64,000 nt of DNA from Phoronis australis (Eukaryota; Animalia; Phoronida). The notes below the pieces were generated by a model. It was not told the DNA's origin, searched no databases, and saw only the letters and a list, made by a program, of their open reading frames with translations. Positions 50,101 through 64,000 of this stretch are shown one piece after another. The stretch lies in the NCBI GenBank assembly GCA_002633005.1, contig NMRA01000442.1, positions 183,074-247,073 on the forward strand, given 5' to 3'. Positions within the stretch are counted from its first letter, which is position 1. Every line of letters begins with the position of its first letter. The position numbers and the translations under genes were made by a program.

Positions 50101-51926
50101 TTAACTATTCCATGCAGCATTATTTAACTGGTCTTGGCTAATTATCATTTTATGGCCTGGTCATCCATTCAGCCAAAAGTAGTTCCATAGGTGGTTCATC
50201 AGCCAATTATTCACGCATGATGACTCACAATAGAAGCCTGATAAGAGTGAAGGTGGATAAATGCCATGTTCCTACAGTTTCTTGTGGTGGTGGATGTGTT
50301 CACAACATGCTGGTCAGCTTCTCATACCTGGCTAATGGCTAAGTGCTGCACTCATTGAACATTACCAAATAACTACAGAAATATAGTCAATTTTCAAGTG
50401 AAGCCTACCTGGGACAACACAGTTGACCTGCACTCTTGTAATGCTTCCATCAAACTAAGCAGGTGAAGATTCACCATTTCGGTCAACTGAAAGTAAAAAC
50501 GAAATGTGAACATACACAATCATAATTAAAGTTTTCTAACATAACAACTCTACCAAAGTATTTTGGTAGGTCTTAACAACTCATTAGGGTACTTAATCAA
50601 AGTTAGTGGAACAGATTTGTATAGTTACGTAACTACATAACCCATGAAGCAATTTAGCTCTGCCTGCCTCCTTTAGATTAATTTTCTTTGCCCATCAGAG
50701 TTTCTGCCATAATGATCTCTACATGATTTCCATCAGTACAACCCAAACTTAGTAAGGACACTCCCTGAATGCAGCTCCTACACTTACGGAAAATTCACCA
50801 CAATTTATAATTAAAAATGTAGTTAGCTAGATTACAGTAGTTTTAAAAAAATATGGAAATGTTTCTTCTTGTTGAAAGTCGGTGACATTTCAATGTAAAA
50901 TTTTCCGGTTTATTTTCAAAAGATTTCGTGATATTTATGGTCTGGTTTCGTTTTGGGTATTCCTCGTAACTTCAGCTTAGCAAATTTCGAAGAAAGTTCA
51001 TTTTGGAAACAACCGAATTACAAACCACTTTAGAGTGAGCCAGCAGCTGAAGAATTCCAGGGGTGACACGCCCCCAGAAGTCCATAATGGTGGTAGACGC
51101 CCAGCCGCCAATCAATGCGAATTCGCTAGTCATCGCCATGGAGACGTCCATAGACTCGCAGTAGATGGTCCACAACTGACACATGAGGAAGGCGTGGAAC
51201 AGTGAAGACATGTGCAAGACAGACACCTGGGAAAGAGTTCAATACGTTACATGACTTCAGTTTGAACAGCCTGAATGAATGATTTGACTGGCAAGTAGAA
51301 TGACCACAAAGAAGACTGAGGTACTCGACTTAATAGACTTTATGTCACATAACAACAAAGGGGTAATTTTTGCTAATTCCAACCTATTACTGTATTCCGA
51401 TCTTAAACAGGATTGTGCAGCCTGGTGTTTTCCGCGGAAGACGGTATATAACCGACACCACATTGCTAATTAGCATAAGTTCCATGGTTCCAACAGGGGA
51501 GCACCTGTGTACTTGTGATATATATAAAAAATTTGCCAGTCAAAATTTAGTCCACCGCAAGCCAATAAGCCAAGTATTACAACAGGCAGGGGTGATACTC
51601 GTAATTAATACTCTCCCTTACCCTGGTTGTAGCCAATTTTTCTGCTTCCCAGATCTTCAGTCATTTATAATTTAGATGTTCAAAACCGATTAACGCCACC
51701 AACGCTTCCATAAACATCCACATGTCTTACACAAACCTTTGATTGCTCCGCAAAGCCAGTCATGATGACAAGGATGTGATCCGCAATAAAATTGCTCGCC
51801 TCCAAGGGAACAGGCTGACAGATCAACGTCCCTTGTGCTTGGGTGACGGCAGTGTGGGTCAATGACCCTAGCAACAGCCATGACAGGAGGCGCATGTGAT
51901 CAACACAGTCTATGAACTCTTTGGGA
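47190..51926 (-). CDS. UNC79: UNC79 (NALCN channel complex subunit), last four exons: 51926-51737, 51226-51026, 50486-50409, 47414-47190; the gene continues beyond the window
   Basis: PKEFIDCVDHMRLLSWLLLGSLTH..ADHILVIMTGFAEQSK|VSVLHMSSLFHAF..QLWTIYCE..FWGRVTPGILQLLAHSKV|LTEMVNLHLLSLMEALQEC..|..QFKLGQIEMQSSAATQFYTV* matches the recalled UNC79 C-terminus. Phases consistent, all GT-AG. Confidence 0.92.
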
Positions 51927-54900
51927 CTGAAAAGATATAGTGAGAGATAGGACTAGTTGGTTTCACAATGTTTGAACTACTTTCAAGTTAAATTAAACAT
52001 TACGGTAAAATCTCGCCAATTTAGAACACAATATGGCAGATAAATGAAATTTGATTTACTCATTTTTTCACACGAGATATATAGTTATAAAACGAATGTT
52101 TTCCATGTTCAAACTCTGTATCACAGCTACCACCAGACAATATTTCTTAAAACTTGAGGCCAATTTCGACGAGTGGTTGGAATCAAAAGATGGGTTTGAG
52201 AGGGAAAGTGGTTTTAAGGCTCATTTATTTATTAAGGGAGCTATATAACACATAACCACGTAACAAAATCTCACTTCCTTGCACACTTTCTTCTTCTTTT
52301 TAAATCACTAAATATTTAGGATCTTCATGACAGTTAAATGTTGTGTCACTTATTAACATCTTGCAACATGTTACTTGTAACCTTCAAATTTTAATGACTC
52401 CTTTTCTGACAAATAATTTACACAAATACATGTTGTCTAAGAACGGCTGCAATCCTATACTATATCCAATCATTTCAATTTTTCAAAAAAAAATCAAACG
52501 CTCTTTTCTTGACTTCCAACTCTCACAAACATACATTATTCGCCACATCAAGTATATTAACAGAATTTCTACTCATTCCAACATTTACTGAGGTGTGCAG
52601 AAACATTTGCATAAAAGTTAAACGCCGTATATCAACAATGGTGTCGCATTATCACACGTCTTGTTGTTATTATCGAACAATGCACCTGACGTCACACAAC
52701 AATCAAACTTATCCAGCAGATAACTTAAGAAGCTTTATGCAACTCAGCCCAGAAGACTTGTACTAATAAACAAATTGCTTTTTATTCCAGTCACACAATA
52801 CAAAAACCTAGCATTCTTTGTCACGTTATACCGCACACTTTAATTTTACATTGTATAAATACCATTCAATATAAAGGAATTCCACTTATGGTCTTGTATA
52901 TTTATCCGTATTTCAATATTACAAGTTTAATTGTCCGTTTTATAGTTCTAAGACATACTTAGAGTGTGTTCTCATACTCTTTTTTTAAGATCGCACATTG
53001 TATGCAGAGATAATCACAGTCAGAGTGTAGCGGTTCAATATAAGTGTATGTATCTAGCTTGCATTATAGGTGACCTAATTGATTGACGTGTGGGCGGACC
53101 TTACATTATGTTAGACATTTTAATTAGATGTCTGTCAGCCGATCCCAGTGGTGCTGGAATTAGAAACAGGCCATGATATTAATCACAGAATCATAATTCC
53201 ACGATTCAAGTGGGAACGGAAAATTGAACCGTGGAATATTGACTTATTATTCTAGTGTACTTAAATATTGGACAGGACCTAACTATCAGACGGTTTTATA
53301 AAATTTTATGTGAAGCATAATTTGAGAAATAAATGACATCAATTTTTGTTCCGCTGTAAGGCATTCAATGTCTGGCACTGTCTCGTTTTTAATAATGTTG
53401 CCTCATTTTGATTTCAATGAGAGGTTGCGGTTTAAGCCCTCCTCCCAAGTCGGCCTAAAATCGAAACAACTTGGTGCTGTCATCAGATTACATTTTATGG
53501 ATAATTTTGTTGCGAACAGAGCTGTGTTCTAGCAGCAAATATATCGAAACACACGAGCAGCAATTTGGCGAAGGTGCTTGCAGCCATTACTTGGTTAGTC
53601 AGTTTTCTGCAGTGTAGCATATGCGGAAACATGGTGTCCGATATTTGTGTTCTCTGATGGTTTACTAGTTGTGTTTTTTAATGATCATTCAGAGCATAAA
53701 TGTGGCTTTCGGTGAGAAGATATAGTAACAGAACAATTCTGTAAAGGTAAGTCTTTATTTCGGTAAAGAATCTACAACAACCCGTAGTATTTCCAATTGA
53801 TGCGAATGTGCCAAAACGTCCGATATTTAGGTCCCTTGACTGTACTTCCATTTTAATATCGGAAAACTAAACCATGAAATATAGACCATTATTTCATGTT
53901 TCATATCTGGAAAGCTGTATACCGGTACTTATTGATCTGCACTATAAGACCCTAAATGGCATTTCACAACATGAGTGAAAGCTTCTCTCTCAGGTTGTGA
54001 TTTCAATAGTGGTATTCAACAGCACTCTCTGCCTGACTGCGGCAACCTTCATTCCCCATTGTGCACTGCAAAAAACTAAATTCATCATAACTGAAAATAA
54101 AACTTTTTCATGGTTTAACTGTGAAATTCGGTTCCATGCCAAGAATTGTAGGGCACTTGGCTTACCTCCGTCAAAACTCAGCTGCTGCCAGGTGGTTTTT
54201 TAATTGACCCAATTATGTTGCACACCCAGCAGAATTAATTAACGAGGAACATATTATTGTAACATTGAACAGTAGGCTGTATAAATCATACGTCTAGTCC
54301 AATTGTCAAAATTCAAAAAACATACGTGATTTTCACCAACTATACAAATATGCTATTTACATAACATTCAAAACATTGTCACCTACAACCTGTTAATGAT
54401 AGTCTTATTATCTAGAGAACAATAACATACACAGCCTGAGGCGCAACAGCATGGTGTCTTTAACCTGAATAAATAAGAATCTGTGGTGCCCAAACTGGCG
54501 GGTCCAGTTGCCCAATAGGTTATCAATGAAGGATTCTTTTCATGCATTACAACAGAAGAAAGGAGACACAACATGCATTGCAAATACTACTGTTGAGATG
54601 TCTGTTGTTGTACTATGGGCCATTGCCCTCCCCCCCCTCCTCAGCTACAAAGAATGCACTGACATTTAAATGAAGGAGGACCTCACTCAGAAAGCCAGAC
54701 CACAACAGAACATCTCAATGACCCCTGACCTATTTAATATGAGGTCACAAGAGGTCAATATTTCTCACAAGCAGCTGAGACAGATCACATTGTCATGTGG
54801 TCAGAGACAGTTGCAGGTGACAACAAGGAAACCAAAGGCTTTGATACTGTAAATATGGGCTCAAGTTTTAACATTGTATGAAGTTGTGAAAACACTGAGG

Positions 54901-55181
54901 TATGACTGTTAAGTACTGTATTTGTAATGGAAGACAAAGCCAAACTAAACAGAACAATTTTTTAGTAGAATTCATAATCTACACAATTCTTCAGTTCTAG
55001 GGCCCAGTCCAGTGGTGTTGGAACTAGGCAATTACATCGCCCCGGATGCCGCAGGCTAACTGGACAACCGAGGGGCTACGTGTTATCTATGTTGGGCCAG
55101 GATCAGACCGCTAAGGCTTGAGGGCCAGTGTACCAAAGAATGAAACAGGAAATGAGAAATATGTCACTGTGTCAACTCCAG

Positions 55182-55188
55182 TATATAA
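55182..55188 (+). promoter_or_regulatory. Candidate TATA box of the SLC16-like gene, followed by a putative 5' UTR exon ending at 55307
   Basis: tatataa, then donor cag|gtaaaa at 55307 and acceptor ttgtag| at 55411. Confidence 0.4.
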
Positions 55189-55424
55189 GACTGGGCAGAC
55201 AAAGAACGTGATAACCTGTTCATGTACCAAACTGTCTGTCTAGTTGTGTCAATAATGTGTTTGATCACAGTTTTTCTAGATGATTGATGAGGAGACTGAC
55301 ATTTCAGGTAAAAAAGAATTGTCATGTCACCATTTCATACTTAGTCCACCAATAACGTTTACCTTTCAAACAGACCTGGATATCTAATTTAATGAAAATT
55401 CCCCCTTGTAGGCAAGCTGTTGAC

Positions 55425-55566
55425 ATGGGTGTCTTGAACAGGGCTAAGACTGCTGAGAACACTCGAAATCATGATACTCACAACTCACAGGTCCCAAAGT
55501 TGGCTGGGATTGATCCATCAAAGAAACCATGGATTGACAGAGGATGGGCTTGGGTTGTTGCCTTTG
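55425..55566 (+). CDS. First coding exon of an SLC16 monocarboxylate-transporter-like (MFS) gene
   Basis: MGVLNRAK...PWIDRGWAWVVAFG|gtatgt. The D-x-G-W-[AG]-W motif precedes TM1 in MCTs. Downstream exons were not identified in the window. Confidence 0.6.
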
Positions 55567-55784
55567 GTATGTCATAGGAGAGCGTGAAATGCGTACTTTC
55601 TCAGTCATGTTAAAATATAGCTAAAACCATTTCTAAAGCCTCAGTAACACCGTCACGATTTATACAGCTATGGTATTGAAAATCGCTGTCTACTGTGGCG
55701 ATCCATTGCAAAATCTGAGGCAACTGCACTGCACTGCATCTGTGATAAATCCCTGATGACCACAGCTTGCTGTGGTAGTTTTAA

Positions 55785-57710
55785 GGTAGGTGTATACACT
55801 GATCAAATCTCCAGGTTCCTAACTAAAATGAGTAAAAAGGGAGTTTTAACTAGTTAGACATGACTCTGAAAGTGACAAAAATCGAAAAAAAGTTTTTTAT
55901 GTAGTTCGTTTTTTTAAAAAATCGTATTTTTTAATGTTCAAAAAATCCAATTTTACCTCGATTTTTTTTTTCAAAATGCACAGGGATCATCATCAACTGT
56001 TTCCTTACGCAATATTCTACTTATCCATACCAAATATATGTACAAAATCATTATGATCTTGATTTTGTGGCATTTTTTGTGTGTGAGTTGGGGCAAGCAC
56101 GCCACTTTTTGTCATTTGGTCACTTTCCGTCTTATAACTAAAAATCTGGTCCATTTATCAAAAAACCCTGGCACGCGATTTTACTTCAGTCCTAGAGGAT
56201 TTCAAATTTGCAACTTTCGTAAAAATTGACCCATGTGTTGTGGAAAAATAGGCCCGAGAATCTTGTCACTATCCTGAAATCACGAGCCGAGAAAAACGGC
56301 TTTGAAGTTAAGCGGTCCATTGATTGCCACTTGAGATCAAATTTCGTTCAGAATGCGTCGTCATTATGTTCCAATTTTTGTTGAAGTACTAGAAATAAAG
56401 CTGATACTTACTTCATGTTTAGAAAATGTGATATAGCTGTTTGTTTACAGCGTAATTTTAATCATTTTTTCGAACTTGTGAAGCACGACAGACGACCAAA
56501 ACAAATATGGCTGTCACGTGGGCGGAGCTTAGCGTTGATCTATCGTCTGCTGTACTGGTGTGCCGACCACATGTGTTGATTGTTTACACGATTCATCTGA
56601 ACTCCACTCAGTATAGTAAAAGACACTCTATATGACACAGACTTATTTGTTAGTATTCCAATATTATCATCAACCAATATATGTGTTATATCAAATCGCC
56701 GCGTTACTATCTATTGGCGACGAGGATAAAGAACTATTTTCATAGTAATGGTTCAACATTTTTACGTGCCTGTACCGAATGGACTTTGGGGTAAGAAAAT
56801 ATCACTTTCTGCGCAAATAGGTTCGCTTGGGTGAGATTCTCAAGTTACTAAAGTTTCTTATATTGCTTTCCTCTAGAATCGTATAATATCATGAGTTTTA
56901 ATTCAGGGTTACGTTTGAATCTATGCACTAGAAAATTTTTGTTATGTTGAACACTGGGTCATTTCTCTAATTCTTTGGGTTACGGCCATTGGCAAGTTAA
57001 AAAATCCTCTGGGTTTGACAGCCTAGTTTCTCCACGGCGCGTTCCCAGCACAGAAGCACGGTTTATCTGCGAAGACTCTACTCTGACGGCATGTAGTTGT
57101 CAATGTGTCGCGCGCGCGGCTTGTCTTCACAGCGCGTGCATGCACTCTCACCGAATCGTGCAACACCACCCACGTCGATGCTCAGCGTCCTCTCGCAAGA
57201 CACCTTACCTCATATTACCGACTTCTCTTTTACATGCACAATTTCTGCACTGACTCCTCAAGCTGAGTGCAGTGATGGCTTCGGTAGGACTTGGCGTACT
57301 TTGCAGATACACAAACGGGCTCAGGCTCGGAACAGGAGCTAGTTCACCATTTCACTACCAACTTTCACATGGTCAAAAATAGAATTATTTTATTCTTGGT
57401 CTTGCTACAACACCAATATCAGCTGGTACAGCACTCCCGATTGCCTGGTTACGCAATGCTTGTTGACAGGGTTAGATTAGAGCTAGTGTCCTTGTATATA
57501 AGCTCCGCCCCAGTTGTCAATCACTGAGCTGGTGAGCACTCAAGCCATACGACTTACTGAGGCTTGGTCAAATATAGCTAAAAAAACAACTTTGGATTTT
57601 CAGAATGATTTTATTTTTCTTCAGTATACTGTGCATCAAGAATTAAAGATTAGGATGACATAAAAATGTAAAAAACAGTCAAAAATATTTTTTTTGTGTA
57701 TCCACCTACC
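55785..57710. mobile_element. Non-autonomous TTAA-targeting DNA transposon (Kolobok-like, GG..CC termini)
   Basis: TTAA|ggtaggtgtatacac...gtgtatccacctacc|TTAA. Confidence 0.85.
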
Positions 57711-58714
57711 TTAAAACGTTTACAGTACTGTAGGTTACCATAGCTACACCATGGACTACACATAGCATTGCTGCACCCTAGTGAAGCTGTAGCATTATCA
57801 TTGTCACTTCAGAATGAGGACTTGACAGGGACCTCAGGGGTCTCGCGCTCCACTGGTTTATACCCACTAATTTGAAAAGGCTTAGCCCAGTCACACAGTT
57901 TGTGTGATAAGAGATAGTGATAACTCCAGCTGACCCTGCAAGTAGAACTATTCTCCCAAGTAGAACTACTCTCCTTTATCATATTGGTGTAGACTCACAG
58001 TTGAAGTGTGGTTTTCTGTTCAGCCCAGACCATCTGGAGTTGCACCGTATACCAACTCCGGACAGTCTCTCACTACGATTTAGCGGTATGTTACAGTGAT
58101 ACATTAAGACATCCAAAAGTGGCCGTGATGGAAACATACAGTAGAGCCAAAATACCATTTTCCTGTTTTCCTGCCATGACAGCTAATTTTGTGGACATCA
58201 AAACTTACTTGTAATAACAATTCTGTCGGCAAATTTCTATAAACAAAATGGATTAGCCACCCTACTAATTTTCCTATCAATTCCCCTTCATTCGGTATCA
58301 TGACGGAACACTGCACTGACAATGAATATGGGCCAATAGATTAACATGCAGTGTGAATATCAACAAAATTTTGCGTCTGAATTCAGTCTGAGGTTTTGAG
58401 ATCTGCTATTATAATAGTTCTTTTCCAGCCAAAGCAGTTAGGTTTGAAACAGTGATGAACCGGGAAACACATGGGCATTATTGTAGCAGTGCAACCTGTG
58501 CGTAATAGGCTAACTAAACACATTTGACCAATTTTGTTACCTTAGGTTCAAAATATCATTGACCTCCCTTTGTTACCAAATTGAGCAGCAATGTCCCATG
58601 TGCCTGGATTTTGGTAAAATCTCCAATTGAGGGTAGAATATGGTGGAGATGTAAAATTTTATTTTTTTTCTATAAAAGAAATTTTACACCAACTAATACT
58701 TAATAATTTTTAAG

Positions 58715-59384
58715 TTTTGCATCATAGCTATCACCAGACAATGTTTTGTACCATAGCTATCACCACACAATGTTTTGTATCATAGCTATCACCAGACAAT
58801 TCTTTGCATCATAGCTATCACCAGACAATGTTTTGTATCATAGATATCACCAGACAATGCTTTGCATCATAGCTATCACCAGACAATGTTTTGTATCATA
58901 GCTATCACCAGACAATGTTTTGTATCATAGCTATCACCAGACAATTCTTTGCATCATAGCTATCACCAGACAATGTTTTGTATCATAGATATCACCAGAC
59001 AATGCTTTGCATCATAGCTATCACCAGACAATGTTTTGTATCATAGCTATCACCAGACAATGTTTTGTATCATAGCTATCACCAGACAATTCTTTGCATC
59101 ATAGCTATCACCAGACAATGTTTTGTATCATAGCTATCACCAGACAATGTTTTGCATCATAGCTATCACCAGACAATGTTTTGTATCATAGCTATCACCA
59201 GACAATGCTTTGCATCATAGCTATCACCAGACAATGTTTTGTATCATAGATATCACCAGACAATGTTTTGTATCATAGATATCAAGACAATATTTTGCAT
59301 CATAGCTATCACCAGACAATGTTTTGTATCGTAGATATCACCAGACAATATTTTGCATCATAGCTATCATCAGACAATGTTTTG
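58715..59384. repeat. 29-bp minisatellite, about 23 copies
   Basis: Unit atcatagctatcaccagacaatgttttg(t/c), contiguous with no unique spacers. Confidence 0.95.
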
Positions 59385-60061
59385 AGAAATTGTGAACTTT
59401 CACAATATAAGATCTCCTAGAAAAACCGAAACAAGACCAATTTTAGCGATTATTTCTGTCCAAAATTGGTTGAATTTTAACAAACTGTGTTGGATAATTT
59501 TCAATTTCACAAACTGGCTCTATAAGAGGCAGTCACATGAGGTTGATGGGAGGCACATGATTATGTAATACCATGGGTAATTGCACATTTGGGAGGTGCC
59601 TGATATGAAAATAGGATGGATGGGAAACAACAGCTTGATCACTGGTCACTTAGCAGTATTGAAATATCTCAGCTAACATTTCCTAATTAATGTTTGCCTA
59701 ACCCAATGTAAACTTGCTAGCAGTGCCTTATCAAAAGATCAACACACTTACAACAAAGACAGAACTCTACATGCAGCTTACTTGGGGCTCTTTTCCTAAA
59801 CCCTAAGAAATTTTAATCTACCCCAAAGAATATCAGAAGATCGTTCAATTGGACCCCATTGTAAGGACGTGTCCAGCGAACCGTGTGAACACATACATGC
59901 ATTACCATAGTTGAAAAGCATTATTCAGAAGTGACTAGTGATTTTCCTATCAATTTGCATACAACAGCTACGACATGGGCACATCAACCAGGACCATTGT
60001 CAAAATGGAATCTAATTTCTAAGCTTTCTTGAAAACTTGAATCAAATTTTGTCTATGACTA

Positions 60062-61495
60062 CCATACTCGTCCGGGTTACTGCCCAAGGCGCTTAAATTG
60101 GGAATCTAAAAAAGCAAGGGGTGGGCGGTAAGCCGAGCATGGGTGGTTAAAATTGAAATTTCTGAAAAGGCAAGAGTGGGTGCTTACTGGACGGAAGACA
60201 GATTTTACCCTCACAGAGCTACACTGACGTCGGACTTCAAGAATAGCAGTTCAAATATACGTCGGCGGATTGAAGTAACGAAGTGGAGTAGCGCACATGA
60301 CACAGTGGCGCCGTGATCCCGAGTGTGATTGGGTTTTTTACGTACCTCCATCGTTGCTAGTCATCTCTTAGAACTAAGGTATTCCTACAGGTAGGCGTGC
60401 GTTCAGCAAGGCAAGCTTCTTTAGAGAAAAGGCAGATCAAGCAAAACTCCGCTAGTGCGCCACATATTTATAAGGGAAGCACCTCGTTTTGTAGATTTGC
60501 TCCCAGCTAGATATTTTGGCAACCAAAACACCTGCTAATGATTGACAGGTCTCAGTTCTGTAAAGAACATTAAAATGCTTTCAACCCAGTTTGAAAAATG
60601 AAACATTTTATATACATTGTATATTTCTTTCCCAGTTGAACACTCTTGTTCAAAGCACACCCGCTCAACAATCCCATAATATTACTATTAGGCAATAGGG
60701 GTGCTAGATGGGCTGCAAAAATAATGAAGCAAAAACAAATGTAAAAAGCATCAGGCAAATCAAGAGTTAAAAAAAAAATTTTTGATGACGTGGATGTAGA
60801 TAGAATGTTCGACTTGCGCTTAATGACTTATTGATTTCTTGAGATGTTGCTGTTAGTTGGACGCTTCCATTTTGGTGTCTGGAGTGAATCATTTAAAACA
60901 TGCATTTAACCAAGGCAGGAAACAGCAAGACAAGTTCGCTTGTCACAATGACTCGTGTGTGTCTGCTTCTATTGAAAACAATGCATCCAAAATTATGTCG
61001 GTGTGCTCGACGTGTTTTTTCTTATTTCACTGCTCAGGGTGGTGATGTTTCGTGTACTGTCATGGCGCTCATGGGGAATCACAGGACCGCTTTGCTGGTT
61101 CTTCCCCGGCAATGAATACATTCGACAAGCGCTGTCTCAGTGATCAGTAAATGTTGACACGAGTTCCGCACCTGAGCCAAAGGAAATAATTGCGTCTCCT
61201 TCAGTAAAGTGCATGGGAATACGCCCATCGGGTATTTTACCGCCATAGTAAGGCAAAGTCCCGGTTCCGCTAAAACTGATTGATTGTCACTGAAAGGTAA
61301 GCGAGTTGCGCACGTTTTGGAATCTTAGTTATGAGCGACGAATGTTCACAGAAGCACAGACACATTTAAGAAAGTCTCGATCACGAAATATTGGGGGTGG
61401 GCGGTAAGCAGAGCATGGGCGCTTAAAAATGAAAAATTGAAAATTTCAGGGGTGGGCGGTAAGCCGAGCATGAGCGATAACCCAGACAAGTACGG
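60062..61495. mobile_element. Non-autonomous TA-TSD (Tc1/mariner/pogo-like) element
   Basis: TA|ccatactcgtccgggttactgccca ... tgagcgataacccagacaagtacgg|TA imperfect TIRs. Subterminal gggtgggcggtaagc repeats are related to the 1-403 family. Confidence 0.75.
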
Positions 61496-61840
61496 TAATT
61501 CCAGTTATATGCACTTGAACACAAGAAGCAAAAATCGCATACTCAGCCTTGCATGTGAAAATAATGTTCTACAAAATGTTTTGAAATGTAACCCTAATAT
61601 GAAGAGTCAAGCTTGTTCTTAATTATATACAGTAATACAATGGAGCAAGTGAAATCAATAAAGGCCTTTCGCACATACAGATTCAGGACTGGGACTAACA
61701 ATCTTTCTTGACGACAAAAAACCTAATGCGAAAGGTTATAACTTATAAAATTATGGCACTAAATTTAGGCAGCATGAAAAGAACGGATTAACGAGCAGGC
61801 TGAATGGTTCTGCCGTATACATTCACAATTTAAAAAAAAA

Positions 61841-61999
61841 ACTATTATCTTGGCCTTACTAAAGTGTTTGATCCAAAACAGACTATTTTCTTGGCCTTAC
61901 TAAATTGTTTGATCCAAAAAAGACTATTTTCTTGGCCTTACTAAATTGTTTGGTTCAAAAAAGACTATTTTCTTGGCCTTACTAAATTGTTTGATCCAA
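61841..61999. repeat. 41-bp tandem repeat, about 4 copies
   Basis: actattttcttggccttactaaattgtttgatccaaaaaag units at 61841, 61882, 61923, 61964. Confidence 0.9.
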
Positions 62000-62063
62000 T
62001 CGGTTTTGGTCTACCGGTTGCGGTTTGAAACTTTAAAGTACCTTTATGAAATTGGCTGTAATA

Positions 62064-62470
62064 CCGTAATCGTTCGGGTTAACGCCCATGCTCAGTTAAC
62101 CGCCCATCCCCGACTTTAAGTGGATTTTCGATTTAAAGGCCCACTGCTCAGTTAAGCGCCCCCCTGCGATTTTTGAAGATTTCCAGTTAAGCGCCCACCT
62201 CTCGGTTAAGCGCCCATCCCCGACTTTTAAAGAATGAAGATTTAGCGCCTAGTGCTAAGGAAACGCGCGATTCCCCGACTTTTAGAAAAAGATCGATGAT
62301 CACAATGAGTGCAATGGCGCCGGGACTCCGAGACGGTGGTTTAGCAATCTGAATTACAATACAGGTAACGAGTTATTGTCTTGGGTCATGAACTCACTTC
62401 AAAATGTAATACTTGAACCTTTTTGTCACTTTATTTTCTTCCCTTGTTTGCAAAAATTAAGAACGCCGCC
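62064..62470. mobile_element. End of the same TA-TSD DNA element as 1-403 in opposite orientation; may extend to the window end
   Basis: TA|ccgtaatcgttcgggttaacgcccatgctcagttaaccgccc is the reverse complement of ~362-403, with homology continuing to window position 1. Confidence 0.75.
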
Positions 62471-64000
62471 GGCGTCAAAACCTCCGCTTTCAGCGACTTT
62501 GTCTGCCGCGCTGTGTTTCCGTCTGCAGTGCACTACATAAAACATATATTCGAAAAAATCAGGCCAGAGAAATGTGACAATGGTTTTGCCAACCCTCCAA
62601 ATTCTATTAAGGTGGGAAGCTCTAGCATTTCGAACAAATCTCACAACTCACGGAAAGATGTCAAATTCTTAATATTTTGATGAATATAACTGCCTTATTA
62701 TAGAGGATGTGGGGCGACCGAAGGGACAGTACAAGTGCCTTACTGGAAAACCGATTTCGTTGCTGCCTGTCGATTTCTGAATTCAAACGTTGGCAATAAT
62801 GTATGTTTGTGTATGATCTTGAAGTAATAAAAAAACGGCTAGTCAAATTTTGTTTTTCGCTTACTGCATCTCAGTCAAACTGGTTAGCAGATTTAACTTA
62901 TGTCGCTGGCTGTTCTTTACTATTCTTGCGTCAGCCTGCACGTAAGCGTGACTGTGTGAATTATCGTTTCCACATCCCCTTTTTTAGCCATCCAGAATAA
63001 TTTTGTTTATACATTGGCCATTTTCAGCTAGAACAAGAATTCTTACCATTCGAGTCTGAAATATCTACGACGTAGACTGCTTGACGATAGCGGGTAGGAG
63101 ATTCACACAGCTAGTTACAGGGATGGGCTTAGGGAGCATCGAGCCGGGAAATATGGCAATAGACTTGACATCGCAGCTTTGGGGAACACTGGCAACGGAG
63201 GAATATCGTAAAGAACTGGGTCTTTCGTAACAACAGCTTAAAAGCACATAGTCACGTCCGTTTTTTGTTACTTCGGACTGTCGCTATGTTTGACTGACTT
63301 GTAGTGGTGCACCTGCGCAAGTTCCCACACTTTGGAGTGCATGTTACCTTGACACCAACATGGGATTGACAGGTGACTCACACGTGCGTGCTGAATACCG
63401 CCACTATCTTTGGCCATAAAAAACGAGATGGATATTGAAAGAGGCCGTTATATTACTTGACGGCATTTCCAAGTCACGATTGTGAGCCGACTGAGACATT
63501 GCGTGATAACAGCGGGACCGAACAGTGCCCGGCTGCAGTGCGATATTACAAGTGATATAAATAGGATAATCTGGACATCTTGCATGAAAAATAAATGTTT
63601 TTCCACCACGAAGTTTGGTAAAGTGATCGTTTAGAATAATGAATTGAAACATTGCTGTTTTCTGACATTTGGAACATATTTATGCAGTTGCTTGAAATTT
63701 TATTCTTGATCGACGACTGGCTCGACCACCCCCCGATCCTTGTCTTACTTCTTTGCATAGCATGTTTAGCGCAACGGCAAGAGAGCAATGACGGGCTGTC
63801 GAGACAAGACAGCTAGCCGCAGAACCATACGCTGAAAATGTCATTGAGTCACGGAGTGTCGACTATAACATCCCAAACACAAAAAACAACAGAGTTAAGT
63901 TTTTCAAACTTTTATTACAACCAATTCTAAAACTGCTCTCTGAGTCGGAACTTGACAGCTACATATAGTACGAGACTGTAACCATAAATTTGATGTCTGA

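Noticed and set aside
56715-56727. TGGCGACGAGGAT, a good tRNA-Ser PBS match
   Set aside because: It lies inside a TTAA DNA element, in a small hairpin, with no adjacent LTR end.
58024-58086. Candidate second SLC16 exon (cag|...gcg|gtatgt)
   Set aside because: The phase fits, but the translation (AQTIWSCTVYQLRTVSHYDLA) does not resemble MCT TM1-TM2.
58715-59384. 29-bp repeat array as CRISPR
   Set aside because: Units are contiguous with no spacers, no cas genes were seen, and the context is eukaryotic.

Overview
AT-rich, intron-rich eukaryotic DNA, most likely a marine invertebrate (metazoan genes, GT-AG introns, invertebrate-type TEs; the species cannot be determined from sequence). Host genes: a complete 6-exon NTAQ1/WDYHV1 gene (minus strand, 20011-39709, 194 aa, with a GC-AG intron), the last four exons of UNC79 (minus, 47190-51926), and a first coding exon of an SLC16/MCT-like transporter on the plus strand inside a UNC79 intron. 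The most unusual region is 4.9-19.1 kb, a cluster of pieces of one LTR family (TG..CA LTRs of about 780-820 bp with PPTs). No gag, RT or integrase was recognised there; instead it carries three diverged copies of a small stand-alone retropepsin-like ORF lacking the D-[TS]-G glycine. One 1967-bp unit (17151-19117) has a single LTR, 39-bp terminal inverted repeats made from the LTR U5 end, and a perfect 4-bp TSD (CTGT), so it looks like an LTR element configured as a Ginger-like DNA transposon. Another copy looks like a genomic copy of a spliced subgenomic RNA (LTR splice donor joined to the protease exon). Between them lies a scrambled, intron-containing DUF6729-like transposase pseudogene. The rest is a typical TE landscape: TA-TSD and TTAA-TSD non-autonomous DNA elements, Helentron/HINE-like elements, an ISL2EU-like THAP/SWIM relic, a LINE 3' end, MITEs and minisatellites. 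Protein identifications are from recalled motifs, not database searches.
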